Under the pieces are notes generated by a model, which was not told the DNA's origin, searched no databases, and worked only from the letters and a program-made list of their open reading frames with translations. From Raillietiella orientalis (taxonomy: Eukaryota), in the NCBI GenBank assembly GCA_036172245.1, contig JAYWIR010000040.1, positions 992,001 through 1,056,000 of the forward strand: a stretch of 64,000 nucleotides of DNA, read 5' to 3'. Every line of letters starts with the position of its first letter. Positions within the stretch are counted from its first letter, which is position 1. The translations under genes were made by a program, and so were the position numbers. Of the stretch, positions 23,301-35,700 are shown one piece after another.

Positions 23301-26300
23301 TCACACTGTTAATGAACTCTTGAATAATGAAGATTCGGATAAAAAATATTTAGACGTGGACGCTCTTTTGATGCAGAATAGGTAGAAGCCTCTTCTTTTT
23401 CTTTCAGTTGTCTTGCATTTGTGAACCCTTTTCCTCCTTGTTACCATTTTAGGTACCTCCAGGAGAGACTTGGCCAAATGGAGGAGGAAAAAAAGTTTAC
23501 TTTGCAAACAATTTGCAAATACAGGGTAAGCAATGCCCTGTTTCACGTTTATGTATGCTGTGTCTCTTTTTTCTCCTTGCGATTTATGGCTGCTCTGAGG
23601 AGTTTATTTTTGGCTTGCTGTGCTGTGTTGTATGCCATTGCATTTATTTTGTAGGGGAAACAAAAAGTTTGTCACTTTTGATCCATCGCTTCCCAGAATG
23701 CATAAGTGCATCAAATGAAACACCGCAACCGTGCGAAAGGAATTCTTTAAAGTAAATTGTTTCAATTTGTTAAAGATGGCATTGGTTCATTCCTCAGAAA
23801 ATGTGGCAATCTGTGGTGTGAACGTGAAAGAAAACTTGGTGAAAAAGCGTTTGCACGGTGTTCAGAGTCTTTGTACTGTATTGAAGCTTCAAACTTTGAA
23901 AAGTAATGAATTTCCTTAATGCAAAGACTGAGTGCTTTTATTTGAATGTATTTTCATACAGTGCACAATGGGAATGTGATGGTTCCTTAGAATGAGTGAA
24001 TTTCATTAAATGAAATGCTGTGCCAATACTTTTCCTTTTTGTATGTGTGGAAATGTTTGTGCAATTTTATTTTCGTGGAGGATTGTACAGAACGGAACAT
24101 GCGTTTGATGCATTGATCAGATTAAGGGTCGGCGAATTTGCAGTGGTTTGAACGCTTATATGGAAATAACGTGAATGAGTGGCGATTGTGTGCTTGAGGT
24201 TACAGAGAAAAGTGAAAACCTGGACGTTTTTTCGAAGCTGATTGCTTCATTCTGTGCAGTGCGATGTGGACGCACAAGCATCTGCATTTAGTGTGAGCCT
24301 GTTTGCAAATTTGTCCGGTCCATTCCGTTTGCCGTTCTCATCAAATTTGTTCGAAAGTGAACTTTGCCATCTTCTTGAATTCCTAATCAGCATGTTTTTT
24401 GGGCTGGTGCAGACTTGGAGGACTTTAAGATGAAAGGATCGAAATCCGACCGGAATGCCTGAAACTGATCAAGCAGCATTGCATTGCAAGGTGTTGTGAA
24501 TGTGACATTGCTGCAACCCCATAACTGAAAAAGCCGGTTGAAAGTGTTGTTGAGTGGAGGTGTTTTTTGTCTTGTTCTCTGCACAAGTTTTTCTTGCGGA
24601 TGTCTCTCATTGATTTTTGTGTTTGAATCAAGTTTGAAATGTATGTTTTGTGTAACGGGCTTTTCTGGATTTTAGTAAAAAGCATGGTGAGTGGATTGTG
24701 CTGCTACAGTTTTTCACAGTAGTGGTTGAACAGTATTGGCATTGCGTTTTGGTTTTTCTAAGTTCGTTTTGGTTATTGAAAGGAATGAGTGTAATATTTT
24801 ATTATGTAGAACATGTTGGAATCAAAGAAGAACAAAAACATTCAGAGATGGAAAAATCCCTCTGGAGAGACTCTAGTTATATCCACGAAGCAAGGTGAGT
24901 TGCTTTTGTTGCAAGCTCATTTGGGGATGTCATTTGTAATTTTTTTCAGTGGAAGAGCTGTTGAATCAGCAAACGTCATCGTGCAAGCCTGCTTCAGATG
25001 GTGAATACCATACTCTGTGTAGTGCACTATTAGAATCCTTGAGGGATAAAGGTTTGGCACTTTCTCATCAGAGAAAGGCAAACAGGTACTTTCCATTTTT
25101 CGTCATGGACTGCCGCCCCTCTTTGAGCCCGTTCGTGTTTACGGAAATGGCCGTGAAATCCACTCGGAAGACTTCTTCCTGCCCTAATTGGAAACATCTT
25201 GTTTAGCTCAGATGCATGAAAAAAATCATTTCTTTTGTATGGCCGTTCGTGCTTTTCAGCAACCGAATGCATTAAATGGTGGTGCCTGGAAGACTGTTTA
25301 GGTAATGGTGCCATTGATGCAACTTTGTTGGCAGTCGGTTGCTGTTATGTGAATGATGCTACAAACGTAGGTCTCTTTGACGAAGGAAAGAGAAAAAGCC
25401 AAGAAAAGCTCTGTGCTGTTCTGTTCCCGTCCTGGTTGTTCTCATTCTTTAGGCACTGAAATGACAATTTCCAAATTCACTGACAATTATCTTTCTACTC
25501 TTGTGAACAGATGGCTATTGTTTCGCTGTCTCGCGAAGGTTCGTTTCAATTGGTTTCAGCAGATGGAAGAAACAGAAAAAGGCGTCTTGCGAGCACCCAT
25601 TGCCCCTTTCCTTTCCAACGGATGACATTTGCTAGCGATGCTTGGCGTGGAAATGGGGGGTAATGGCAGAGGTTCCATAGGCGGCAGACCTGCACCAAAT
25701 CACGTGGAATGAAAGTGCGAGGTTGACGGACATTGGGGAAGCCGAAATCGGCTTCTGTTCTTCGGGTTTTTCGATTGCATGCCGCAGGCCAAAACTCACT
25801 CGAACTGCAAGGGGGAATTTCGCGCACGCACGAAACAAATGTCTCTTATTTTCTTCGCAAAAAAACAAAAAACGAAAAGGAAGGAAAGCAAGAAAGAAAA
25901 AAGATAGGGATAGTCGTGAAAGCTCTGAGCCTTGGAGTCGAACCGGGAAAATAAGGGCAGAGGAGGCCGATGAGTGGATTGCTCAGCCTTTGGGCAGGCC
26001 TGAAAGTTGCCCCGAAGATGATCACACAGGGAGATTGCCAATGTTATGCTGAAGTGGGATGCTGGAGGGAAGGAAGAAAAGCAGCAAACCGTTTGCATAA
26101 AGGTGATGGAAAAATGCAAGAATGCAAGGAGGAGAGGGAATGGAGGAAAGCGCCTTCCTTTTCGTGCCTGAAAGTCGAAAGTATTGTGTCTGTGATGCTG
26201 AGCCATGCGTGGCATCTGCTGTGGCAGTGCGTGTTTTGGTGGTGGTGCGTTTTTTCCACCCATTCACGGGTTTGATGGGGTGTTGTTTCAGGATCCTGGG

Positions 26301-26670
26301 CATGCGTGTCAAGGAGTTGGAGGAGAGGCTGCAGGAAGGTTTTAGTGCCGGCATGTTTTCTGCTGATGCACGATCCCCGGATGAGCGAAGGAATGTGGAA
26401 GCTGGAGAAAGTCCAGAGTGTTCGATCGCAGCATCGGAGGAACGCACGCAGATGGATGCGGGCGCACCCCGGTCGAACTGGACGACCGAGTCGTGCACTC
26501 CGGTGGATGACGAATGCGGAACTTCGTTGTGCAGCCGGAACCAGCAAGTTGCCTGCAGGATTCGGGGCGCTCAGGAGGAAGGCAAATGCACATCCGGGCT
26601 TCCTCCCAGTCTTCAGCGACTAGTGGACGATGCCATTCATCAGATCAAAGAAACCCCTTTGCGGGTGTAG
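20398..26670 (+). CDS. CCDC149: Coiled-coil domain-containing protein 149 (CCDC149), spliced gene, left-arm copy, ~454 aa
   Basis: Exons with GT-AG borders and compatible phases: 20398-20520 (least certain), 21719-21850, 21927-22061, 23037-23159, 23203-23381, 23453-23525, 24810-24894, 24950-25085, 26292-26670; total 1365 nt, open. Peptides RKLEAKTEAVIILTEDLEKCHVERDYYK, LLDEKEELIKEKEVYREKATRLNH, DVDALLMQNRYLQERL, VISTKQVEELL and LCSALLESLRDKGLALSHQRKANRILGMRVKELEERL match the conserved CCDC149 blocks as recalled, in the correct order. Confidence 0.88.
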
Positions 26671-26740
26671 ATTTCGTGGGGCCCGCGCCTCTGCCTGCCT
26701 TGCTGTTGACGTTGTCCTTCGTGGGGGGGAGGAAAAGCAG

Positions 26741-26746
26741 AATAAA
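26741..26746 (+). promoter_or_regulatory. Candidate poly(A) signal of left CCDC149
   Basis: AATAAA 70 nt after the TAG stop at 26670. Confidence 0.55.
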
Positions 26747-27104
26747 CGTTTCGAAGAGGCCTCGCAACCGAGACTGCTCGTCTGCTTCTCTCGGAGAGAC
26801 GAGGGTTTTCCACGTGTTCGCCGTAACACTCGAGAGCTTATTCGTCTCCCGAGCGATGCTGGAGCGATTCCTTTCCCCACGATTGTCCCTTTGGGATTGG
26901 CGCGCGTTTCAGCTTTCCGGTCTTTCGGTCCTTGCCGTCAAGAAGAAAAGTACGAGGGCAAAACTGATGTCGCGAGGGTTGTTTTCCAGGTGACCCCAAC
27001 TCTACCATCTCCTGCAAGCGTTCCGTCGAGTTTTAGGTAAGCGTGGCGATGCATCACGCCGCAGGAGTGCAGCTGAACGATTGCGTGGTACCTTGGGAGG
27101 CCGC

Positions 27105-28330
27105 ATCGTCGTTGCCTCCCGGTTACACCGGGGCGTTCATTAAATTCGCTGAAAACGTGGTATGAGGCCTCACTGCGACCAACACAACTGTGGACCTGGC
27201 GGGTCGCCGGTACGCAGACCGGCGTGACTCCAAGGAAGTGGAGGGGGATGGGGAAAAAACAAAAAGAGAAATAAAACAGAAAGAAAGAAGAAACAGACTT
27301 TGGAGGGCCAGGAAGTGATCAGTTGCCAGTGAGAGGAGGGTCCATCGTTTCCAGGTTGCCCTCGAGGTCCTTCACAAGTCTTCCCAGGTGGGGCCATCGG
27401 GTTGCTCTCCGCAGGAAGCAAACTGCATCCTCGATGACTCCCTTCTCGTTGGCATCTTCATCGTGCGCTTCACTCCAAGACGCCACAATCCCACGGATGC
27501 AGCAAAGTGTTGCCAGGGCTGCAGCTGGCTGCAGGACATCCCGCACGAAGAGAAGGCCAAAAACGTCACTGGGAGGGCTGCCGACCGGGATCCCGAGGGT
27601 CGTCCCGAAACACTCCCAAAGAAGACAGGAGGGTAAGACAGTCGACTATCAGGTGCGGGAGGCATTCCCGTTCTGTGCACCTGGCACACTCAGGATTTAG
27701 TCTGCCCTGCGTCCAGTGGTAGCGGCGTGCGTTGCAGGGAAGACCGCTATGCAACAGCAGAAGCGCCGACTCCTTCCAGTTGAGGGGGAAGATCCTGGAT
27801 CCATTCAACACCGGGCGCCACTTCAGGGCATCCGTCGGGATACCGAGCGGCTCGCCCCATCTTCAAAGTCCACGCGGAAGCATGCTCGGGTTCGTGGTGT
27901 CCGTCAGCTCTTCCCTGGTCCAACCGCTCATCTTCTTCTCCCTGCCTGCGATCCGACAGGAGACTTTCCATTTGGTCGTCCGGCTGCTGGCAACGGCCCT
28001 CCATAAGAAGGGCAGCGCAGTAGCTAAAGGGGTCGTCTCTGCCCTCGTGCTCCTGGCGGCACACTCCAGAATGTTCCGCTGTGAACAGGGGGCGTTGTTC
28101 GTAGAACGCAGGCAGGTCCAGCTGTCGCTTCTCCGGGCATTCAACCTCACCTATGCGCTAACAGATTCCTCCAAGCATGCGGTGGAGTTGGCGAGGCGGC
28201 ATACCATCCAGCCGCTCTCCTTGACTAGTATGACTATGCATCCGAGGACGATTCGTTGCTCTCGCTCCAGTATCGAAGGGGCAGACCCCACGGGAACCGC
28301 GACATCCTGTGAATCGATTGCGCGGTGTGC
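27105..28330 (-). mobile_element. 3' portion of L1/Tx1-like LINE (zinc-binding domain, C-terminus, 3' UTR)
   Basis: WKESALLLLHSGLPCNARRYHWTQGRLNPECARCTERECLPHLIVDC (Cx2C-x7-H-x4-C), stop at 27319, conserved structured UTR. Confidence 0.75.
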
Positions 28331-28399
28331 ACTGATCGGTGTGATTTGTCTGCGTCGTTCCCGTTGCCAAGCGTCGTCGTCGCGAGATTTTCAGTTCTT

Positions 28400-31300
28400 C
28401 ACTCGGAAGAGTGGACCGTATTCTTTAAGAATCCACAGCTGCGATGGTTTTGCTTGCCGACGAAACCGAATGTCGGTTGCATGCTTTCGACGTATACTGT
28501 GGCGGATGACGAAGGTGATGCACCGTCGAGTTCCGGTGTCATGTGAGGTGCACGGTCTGCCATTGCTGCTCAGGAAGCACCGACGACTTTGGTCGCATGA
28601 GACGCGTCTGTCGTACGTTCCGATTTTCATAGGCGATCTCCTTCGACCACATGGGCGCAAGCGCAGTGCTGTGTGCGTTTTGACGAGAGTTCTTTCACCA
28701 CACGCTGCGGAGAGCTTGTTCGGATGGCGGAATCGTCAACCGGAATGGCGGCAGTGCATCCTGCTCGTGTTCGAATGTCCCTCTTTGCTGCTGCAGCAAT
28801 GTCCAGCTGCCTTGATGGTGCCCACGTCGAATCGGGCACTGTTGAAACAACGTCAACGGTGTGATCCTCTGGGGCCTCTTCAAGAGCGTCGTGGTTCTCG
28901 TCCGTCCATTTCGGCCTTGGCAACCAGCCGCTGCCAATAGTTGCGGGCTCCAGCACTTCTGGCGCACGAATGGTCGAACGGAAGGCTGGAACGCTTTCGT
29001 CTCGCTGCTTCCTCATCCAGAGCCTAGGTGCGGGGCATCACCGCAGAAACTCTTAGCGCTATTTGTACGCAGAGACCGAGACCCAGTGTCGCGGAGTCCT
29101 GTGGAAAAGAGAGCTGCGGTCCATGGGTACCCCACCGAATGGACAATGAGCTTTGCGTCGTATCCCAGGGATCCTCCAGCTTGCGTTGTCTTCCGTGGCT
29201 CCTTCGGCATCCCACAAGTCTCCTGTACTCCTGCCCATCGCTGCTGGGTTCAACGTGTGGATGCTAGCAGGCTGTGTGTAAACTGGGAGACTTGGGAGCG
29301 CCAAGATACGTGGCAGACGGCAAGCACAGTGCGCGCCCAACGGCGTAAAGGGCAACATTACCGATCAAGGTTAGGGATCCCGCCTGCCCCTGGACGATGG
29401 CCTCACAGCGAAGGAAGCTTGCCACCACCTCCTCCATTGAGGAGGGAGGTCGGATCATTACCTGCTCATCGGAGCCGGGCGGAAATGCCGTGCGCGAGGA
29501 AACATGCGAGCGCTGCTCTTTGCACGGAGGAGAACGGCTTGAGCTGTGGGGAGCGCTGGCAAGCGAAACGCCCTCCTCCAGTCGGAACGTCGGGACGCCG
29601 GGAAAAGGAACGGAGCGTCCGTTTCCGAACGCGCTCCGAGTTCAGGCTTCTCTACAGGTGGACAACCCGCGGTGTAAGCCGGACAGATGGCCCCAGACGG
29701 GGCAAAGCAACGCAGCAGTTGCGCTCAGCTCCGTGGTCCTTCCAGGCGCGCCTGCTCGTCTACTCCACTTCGCTATCGATTCCGGTCTCTGGCGGCGGCA
29801 GCTCAAGGGCATCAGCCGTTTGCGGGGGATGTGCAGAGACGCTGCTGCATAGCCCGTCGGGAAAATGACGAACTGTCAGCGGGGGTTCCGCTTCCCAGCG
29901 GGTCCTGCTCCGGGGAACCGCAAATTGTTGCTGGGCGAGATGCGGGCCGGGTAGATGCGAGGGGTACCCATCACTGCTCGCCTTGCAGAGTGGTCCGGAG
30001 CTGCACATCTCTGCGGGGCCTTCTCACCACCCTTCCTTTGCTGGCGCTGCGACTCCCTTCCTCCAGCAGCCTGCATTTCCCAGCCCATTAGGAGCTGCCT
30101 TGCACAGTGGGGCGGCTCGGTTTCCAAGATGAAGGGGCTCCGTATGAACACGCCCTCGCACCTTCCAATTCTCCCGACGAGCAGCAACCGAGGAAGATGC
30201 GTCTCCCATTGATCGACGACAGCAAAAAACCATGTCGCCAGCCCCTGTTCGCCGAGCAAACGCATCCGCGGTATCGCAAGGCGAAAGTGGCGCCTATCCT
30301 CAACGAGCGCGTGGGCACGCGCGAACGAGAGGGGGACAAAATCCAAAAAGCGCATGTCCTTCCCGAGCCTCTTCCTCAGGTCATCTACGAGAGTGGGCGA
30401 AGAAGCGCAGGCTGCCTTCCATGTCAGGATGCGCTTCTCCTGAGAAGGGCCGAACGCCACGCCAATTCCCTCTGAAAGGTTCGCGACGACTTCCGATAGA
30501 AGGACGCTGTGAAGGCACGGACGTTCCTCGCAGCACTCGGAATCTGCAGCCCTTGGAGGGACGGACTTCCTGCAACGCTGGAAGCCACCACGAAGAACTG
30601 TTTAGTTTGTAGGCAGCTGCTAAGCGACGATGCTCCAAGGGATCCCTTCGTGCGAATCGCTTCTTTTGCAGGACACCATCGGCACACGCGGACCTGCTGC
30701 CAGCCCGAAGTCCGCAAAGATCGGCGCCTCCCGCACCGTCTGCATTCGAGGCCTCCTTGCTGCATATGGCGACCCAGTTCCCCGCAAATCCAGCTCGTCG
30801 TCTCCCTGGGCGGACAGCTGGAGGAACAGCGCGAGGCTGACGGAATGCCCGAAATTCGGCTTCGGCAGACGACCTCGAAAGGTTCGCCACATTCTTGCCC
30901 TGTCAGGATGCTGACCCCCGGTCAACCAGGTCACCAACGAGCAGAATTCGTTTCCAAATGTCTGTGTCTCCCTTCATCGAGATGACAGAGGCGCAGGAGA
31001 TCGTGAATCGGAAGTCGGTGGACTAGAGTTGGCTCTCCAGGAAAGGTGTGGTCATTGTACCGTCTGATGCACAGGAGCTGAGGCTGAAAAATCTTGAAAG
31101 AGCTCTGGAGCAGTTTGGCAGCAGGAGTCGCATCTCCTCGTTCGCTGTCCAGGCGGGAAGCGGTTCCCGAGTCGCTACAGCAGACGGACCGCTTCTTACG
31201 CTCGAACCCGCCTAGGGGCTGCGCTCCCGGCCAATTCCCCGTACACCAAATCGAATGGACGATTCCCCAATGCGAAGGCGCAGACCTACAGGTGGAAGGT

Positions 31301-32600
31301 GGCGCGCGCAAATGCGGACGTGCGAAATCATCTCGAAGAGAATGCGGAAGCTTTATTTTCGTCCACTCGCTTTCCTCAGTGATTTTGATCTCGGAGCTTG
31401 TCTTGCTTCTTTATTTTTCGGGGCTTTGCTCTTTTCCAAGTGTTCGCTCTTCTGGTTTCTATGAGGAGCGAATTGCTGGTGAATTCTCTTGAGATGACCA
31501 CAAGGTAGCTCGGATTTCGTGTTTTGATTTTGACGTTTTGTGAATCCCCGGAATATAGAACAGAGTATGATTGTTTCTGTTCTGAGAAGAAGGAAACACC
31601 AAAGAATTCGTAGTTGTCTTCCGGATTCGCTGGCTCCATCGTCAGCAAAATGGTCTCGTTTCCCGGAGGCTGCAGAGAAGAAGTAGGCGAGATTACGGAT
31701 TTGTTGCATTATTTGAACCGCAAGTGATCATTGCAAGCAAGCCGCAGTTTTGTGAAACTTCCCGAATAGGTAAAGGGAGGAGCCACAGCTTTCTGTGGCT
31801 GCTCCCAGAAGAAAGGCACGCAACTTACAACCACTTCGACGAAATCCATGGTTTCCGTAGGCAAGCAAATGAGGTTGTTTAAAATCAACCTAGTTTTTCC
31901 GTAACCAAGGACAACTTTGCGTTCTGGCAACGGCAGCACTTCCATCACGACGTCCAATTCCTCGTTAGCAACGTCCCACGTCAATTTCAGGCTCCAAATT
32001 GCTAACGCACTATGCTCGAACTCTTTTTCCAGGCTCCTCAACGAAAACCTGGATGCGAATGAAAGGGATTAGGAAACTGCGGGAGCTCGGTCGATGTTTC
32101 CCCAGGGAAGCGGTCGCACTTTCTTTCCCGGAAAGAGTCGGTCCCGGGAGGAAAGGGTGTTGTCCAGACCGCGTTCCCCACTCTTCATGCAAGAACAGCT
32201 CGCATACGAAATCTCCCGTCCACTGTGGGAGAGCTCCCAAGCAGTGACCAGGAAGGCTTCGTGCACGAATGTCAGCACGACCTGCGTTGCTCCTCGCGAA
32301 TAGAAAGCAACGCTGGTGGTCAGCAAAGAATTCCCCTCAGTACCGTCGCCGGACAACGCCGGAAAGTCGGACACCAACCGAACCGCTCCCACCTTTTCGT
32401 TCTTATGGCATCTTCGATCTCTACAAATCCCCGTGGGCTGTCCTCGGAAGGTAGGTCGCACGTGTTTCGCGGGATTGTCGTTCTGTTCACGGTGATTCTC
32501 ACGGCGAAGTGTCCCTGCACAGAATGGAGTGGTCCATGTCATCGGATGCTGCTACGAGTGGGAGAGGTAAATTGCAACTCACATCGCTTGAGAAGTAGCA
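28400..32600 (+). mobile_element. Older, heavily decayed near full-length LINE (ORF1 knuckle, APE, RT, zinc finger)
   Basis: Degenerate motifs in canonical order: VHGYPTEW and RLCVNW (ORF1-like), REETC, FAGDV and THHC (APE QET/GDFN/SDH-like), SPWRDGLPA (SPGxDG), RRLPGRT, TR*LGF, KLPE*VKGG, SCTN...TC. Boundaries approximate. Confidence 0.55.
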
Positions 32601-33279
32601 CGTGCCATTTGGCGTTAAGGGAAACTGGAACCTATCTCCAGGATGAACGTCTAGCGTGCAGGCATCGTCCTCTTCCAAAATATCCTGTTCCCTTTCCACT
32701 GGAAGTGGAAGGTGTCTTCTATCCATCTAAGATGAAGGAACAAGTTACTGGGCGCTCGTTGCGCAGATTTTCGTACCCGTCGCGCGGCGAGCGTAGGAAA
32801 AACGCAGGAGCACAGGAGAAGAGCTGCGATCACAGGAAGCATTGCCGCTTTCGTACAATCCAGCGGATTCCAGAGTCGGAGGGTGGCAAGGTGCTGCGAT
32901 GGGGTGGCAGGTAGCGTCGTGGACGGGAGCTGGTCGGCGGTCCAGGAGAATCTTCGACCTGGTGCGGCGCGCTTCAGGAATATGTAGAAATCGGCGTCGA
33001 GCAACAAGTGTCGCGTTCCTTCATTAGCTGAGGACGGACGTCATCGGGCGGGCGGACGACCTCCGCGTTGGTTTTAATTATGCGCCGCTTTGGCGTCTTT
33101 CGCTCGCCCCAAGCAAATAGGTTTTCGAGAAGATGTATCAGTATTCAGCAGGCGGTCTCATGCCACGTAGATGCGGGAGCAGCTGAATGCCTTTCCGCGC
33201 GTTTCATGATGGAGGCAGAGCCAAAGCTGAGACCTGGAACGAGGTCGAAGAGTGAGAGTGGTCGTTCTAAGTTGTGAAG

Positions 33280-34400
33280 GGTTTAGTTCAGTCCGTATCA
33301 TAATATTGTTCTAGGGATCCCTGGAGTCTTCTTCCGCGTTGTATACCCTCCAGGAAGCGATCTCCGGGGATCGGCTGGAAAAACTACCGAAAACGAATTA
33401 GCAAAAAGGCGTTGAACCTTCTTGCAGAAGTTGAAGAGAGGATGGGTCAGCTGTATTTTCCTGGAAGACTCTTTGTTCTAAGGCCGATTCCTGCAACTTC
33501 AATGCTGTGGTCCTCCTCGCTGTCCTTCTCGAGGAAGAGGTCATCTTGGAGCTGGAGATCCCTTCGTCTTGCAGTCTTCCTTCTGCTACAGTACCACGGA
33601 AGTGGCGGTGGACTGTGCAAGAACTGACACTCTCCCACGTTTCTACGACGAGCAGGGCAATTCCAAGACGATACCACGCTGGTGGGGGGGGCAGCTCAGT
33701 TCATCTCGGAATGATTCGATCCCCCAAAAAATCATCAACAACCCTCTCATTCCCATTCGATGCGAGCCTCGTAGGTGATTCCTGCCGTCGGCGTTTAAGG
33801 CAGTTTTTACAGTAGCTTCCGGTCTTTCGCTGTTGATGTAGCTCGACGATTAAAACGGTAGATCCGTGAAAACGGAGCCAGGTGTACGTGGATCTGAGAG
33901 CAGCTTTCGAGTCAAAGCGATGAGCTTGCTCACCAACTGGGAGGGAAAGAAAAGAATTTTCTAATCGAACCTGGTTCGCAGAACTAATTGTGAAACTGCC
34001 ACCGGCTACTCTCTTGGTCACAGCTGCGTGGTGTTGCCTTTCCGTTTCAATTGAGTCTCCCACCTTCTCGAGTGCTCGAAAAAAGAGCGGTCGAAGATGC
34101 CATTCAACTGTGCATTTGGATCCACGGGACTTTGGACAGCCTCGAAGCAGTTTCGTTAACGGCTAGCCGTTACGATGGAAACCCTCCTTTCGTAAAGGCA
34201 GCATCCTGAGGTTCCCTGATTTGACGGAAGTTCAAGATCAGAAGAGCAAGGCTGTCGTCTTCCTTCGAATCATTCCTGAAGGCCTTCGGGTTCGGATCCT
34301 CCGTAGTCAAGTTCAGCGACGCCATCGCACCTCCGGCAACGGGGATAGATCTGCAGCACGTTCGTCCCTGTCTTCAAAATCTAATTCCTCAGTCCCCGTC
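33280..34400 (-). mobile_element. Decayed LINE AP-endonuclease region
   Basis: NQGT, VAGGSFT (GGDFN-like), RVVDDFL (RIDxFL-like) and VSSWNC motifs in order, with many stops. Confidence 0.4.
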
Positions 34401-34599
34401 AGACTCTGAAGAGCAGAGGCCTCGTGTTTTCGAAATTAAGCGGGAGGGAGCCATCTGGTGAGCCGGAACCCATGTGCGTATCCTAAAAAGGAGCTGCAAC
34501 CCTATTCGCAGCTATAGAGGAAAGATTCTTCCAGAAAGAGCGAGGGCCACGATCTGGGAGTGCCGTTGAAGGAAAGCCAACCAGAGGTGAGTAGTTGCT

Positions 34600-35700
34600 T
34601 CTGTGCCTGCGCTGTTTCCCACCCGGGTGCGCCGGAGCGTTTATTGCTAAACTATCTGGGAAGAGGGTTCCCGGACAAAGGACACAGAAAAACGAATGGA
34701 AGGTCGGTAAACCGAAAGTCCGGAACGGGAGGGAGGTCAGGGGACAGGGGTCTTTGGTTTTCGACCGTTCCTTTTCTTCAGAACCGGTGGCGGATGCCGG
34801 AGATCTCGCTCCTCCGTCTTCTGGAAGGTGGGCCCACTCGGCAGCCGACGCCATGTTCACGCCGGCTATTCCGGTGGCCTGTCGTCGAATCGTCTGCTTC
34901 TCCAGCTCTCAATGGGCCTTGTCGATGGCGCGAGTGCAACAGACCGTTGCAATAACAGCACCTAAGGACAGGCCGCCTGGCGTGAAGAAGCGGCGCATCG
35001 AATCCCTTGCGGTGTCCCTCTGGAGCAGGAGAGCTGAGGCCAGCCTCTGCCACAGTCCTTGGAGGACACCGCAGTCCAAGAGCAGGTGCGGGAGCGTTTC
35101 CACTTCTCCGCACCTTTTGCAGTTTGGGGAGACAACTCCCCCGGAAACACGATTCGTCCGCTGGTTGGAGTGAAAACCCCAATGCACCAGCATGGTGACG
35201 TCCAGTTTCCAAGAAAGGGGGAACACGGAAGTGTTCAAACAGGAGGGAGGGACCGCAAGTTCTTCGAAAGGCACACTCAAAAGTTCGCTCCACCGAAGGA
35301 GTCCCTTTGCGATGTTGGGAGGCGTGGCTGCTCCTGCCAGCTCGCTAGTCCACCAGCCGCCCATGGGTCGGGTTGCTCCTGCGATGGTGCAGGCGACCTC
35401 CCACCTCGCCGGTAGGCAGCTGTCATGTATTACCCAATCTGCCTGCGCTGTTTGGGCACCACGCTGAAAACACCACGGTTCATCCGGTCGTCAAAATTGA
35501 GCAGTTTCGATCCTGGTTCGCATTTGGAGGAGAGAGACTTCTTGGTAACCCAGATGTTCCAAATTCTTTTGAGAACCGTGTGGCCTACTGGAAAGAGAGG
35601 AGGCGACGTGGATCGTATTGTATTTGAAATTAGTGGCCTTGGTCCCCTCTCATAATGCTGATTCTCAATGGGGAATGAAGAACTCGTTCCATGTGCTCTG
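34600..35700 (-). mobile_element. 3' portion of a more distant L1/Tx1-like LINE
   Basis: VFPLSWKLDVTMLVHWGFHSNQRTNRVSGGVVSPNCKRCGEVETLPHLLLDC; ends in TTAGCAATAAACGCTCCGGCGCACCCGGGTGG. Confidence 0.7.

Larger units (their letters stand above)
13687..33238 (+). repeat. Left arm of large inverted duplication (at least 19.5 kb)
   Basis: The window end (GCAGAGACGACCTGACT) is the reverse complement of the sequence starting at 13687. The inner end GCTGAGACCTGGA (~33238) mirrors TCCAGGTCTCAGC at 44398. Dozens of ORF-track peptides occur as identical or near-identical mirror pairs. Confidence 0.95.

Noticed and set aside
27732..28940. Longest ORF in the track (402 aa)
   Set aside because: Largely antisense to a LINE 3' fragment, low-information composition, and broken in the mirror copy.
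34157..34172. Perfect 16-bp palindrome TAACGGCTAGCCGTTA
   Set aside because: Single occurrence inside a decayed endonuclease remnant with no supporting context.
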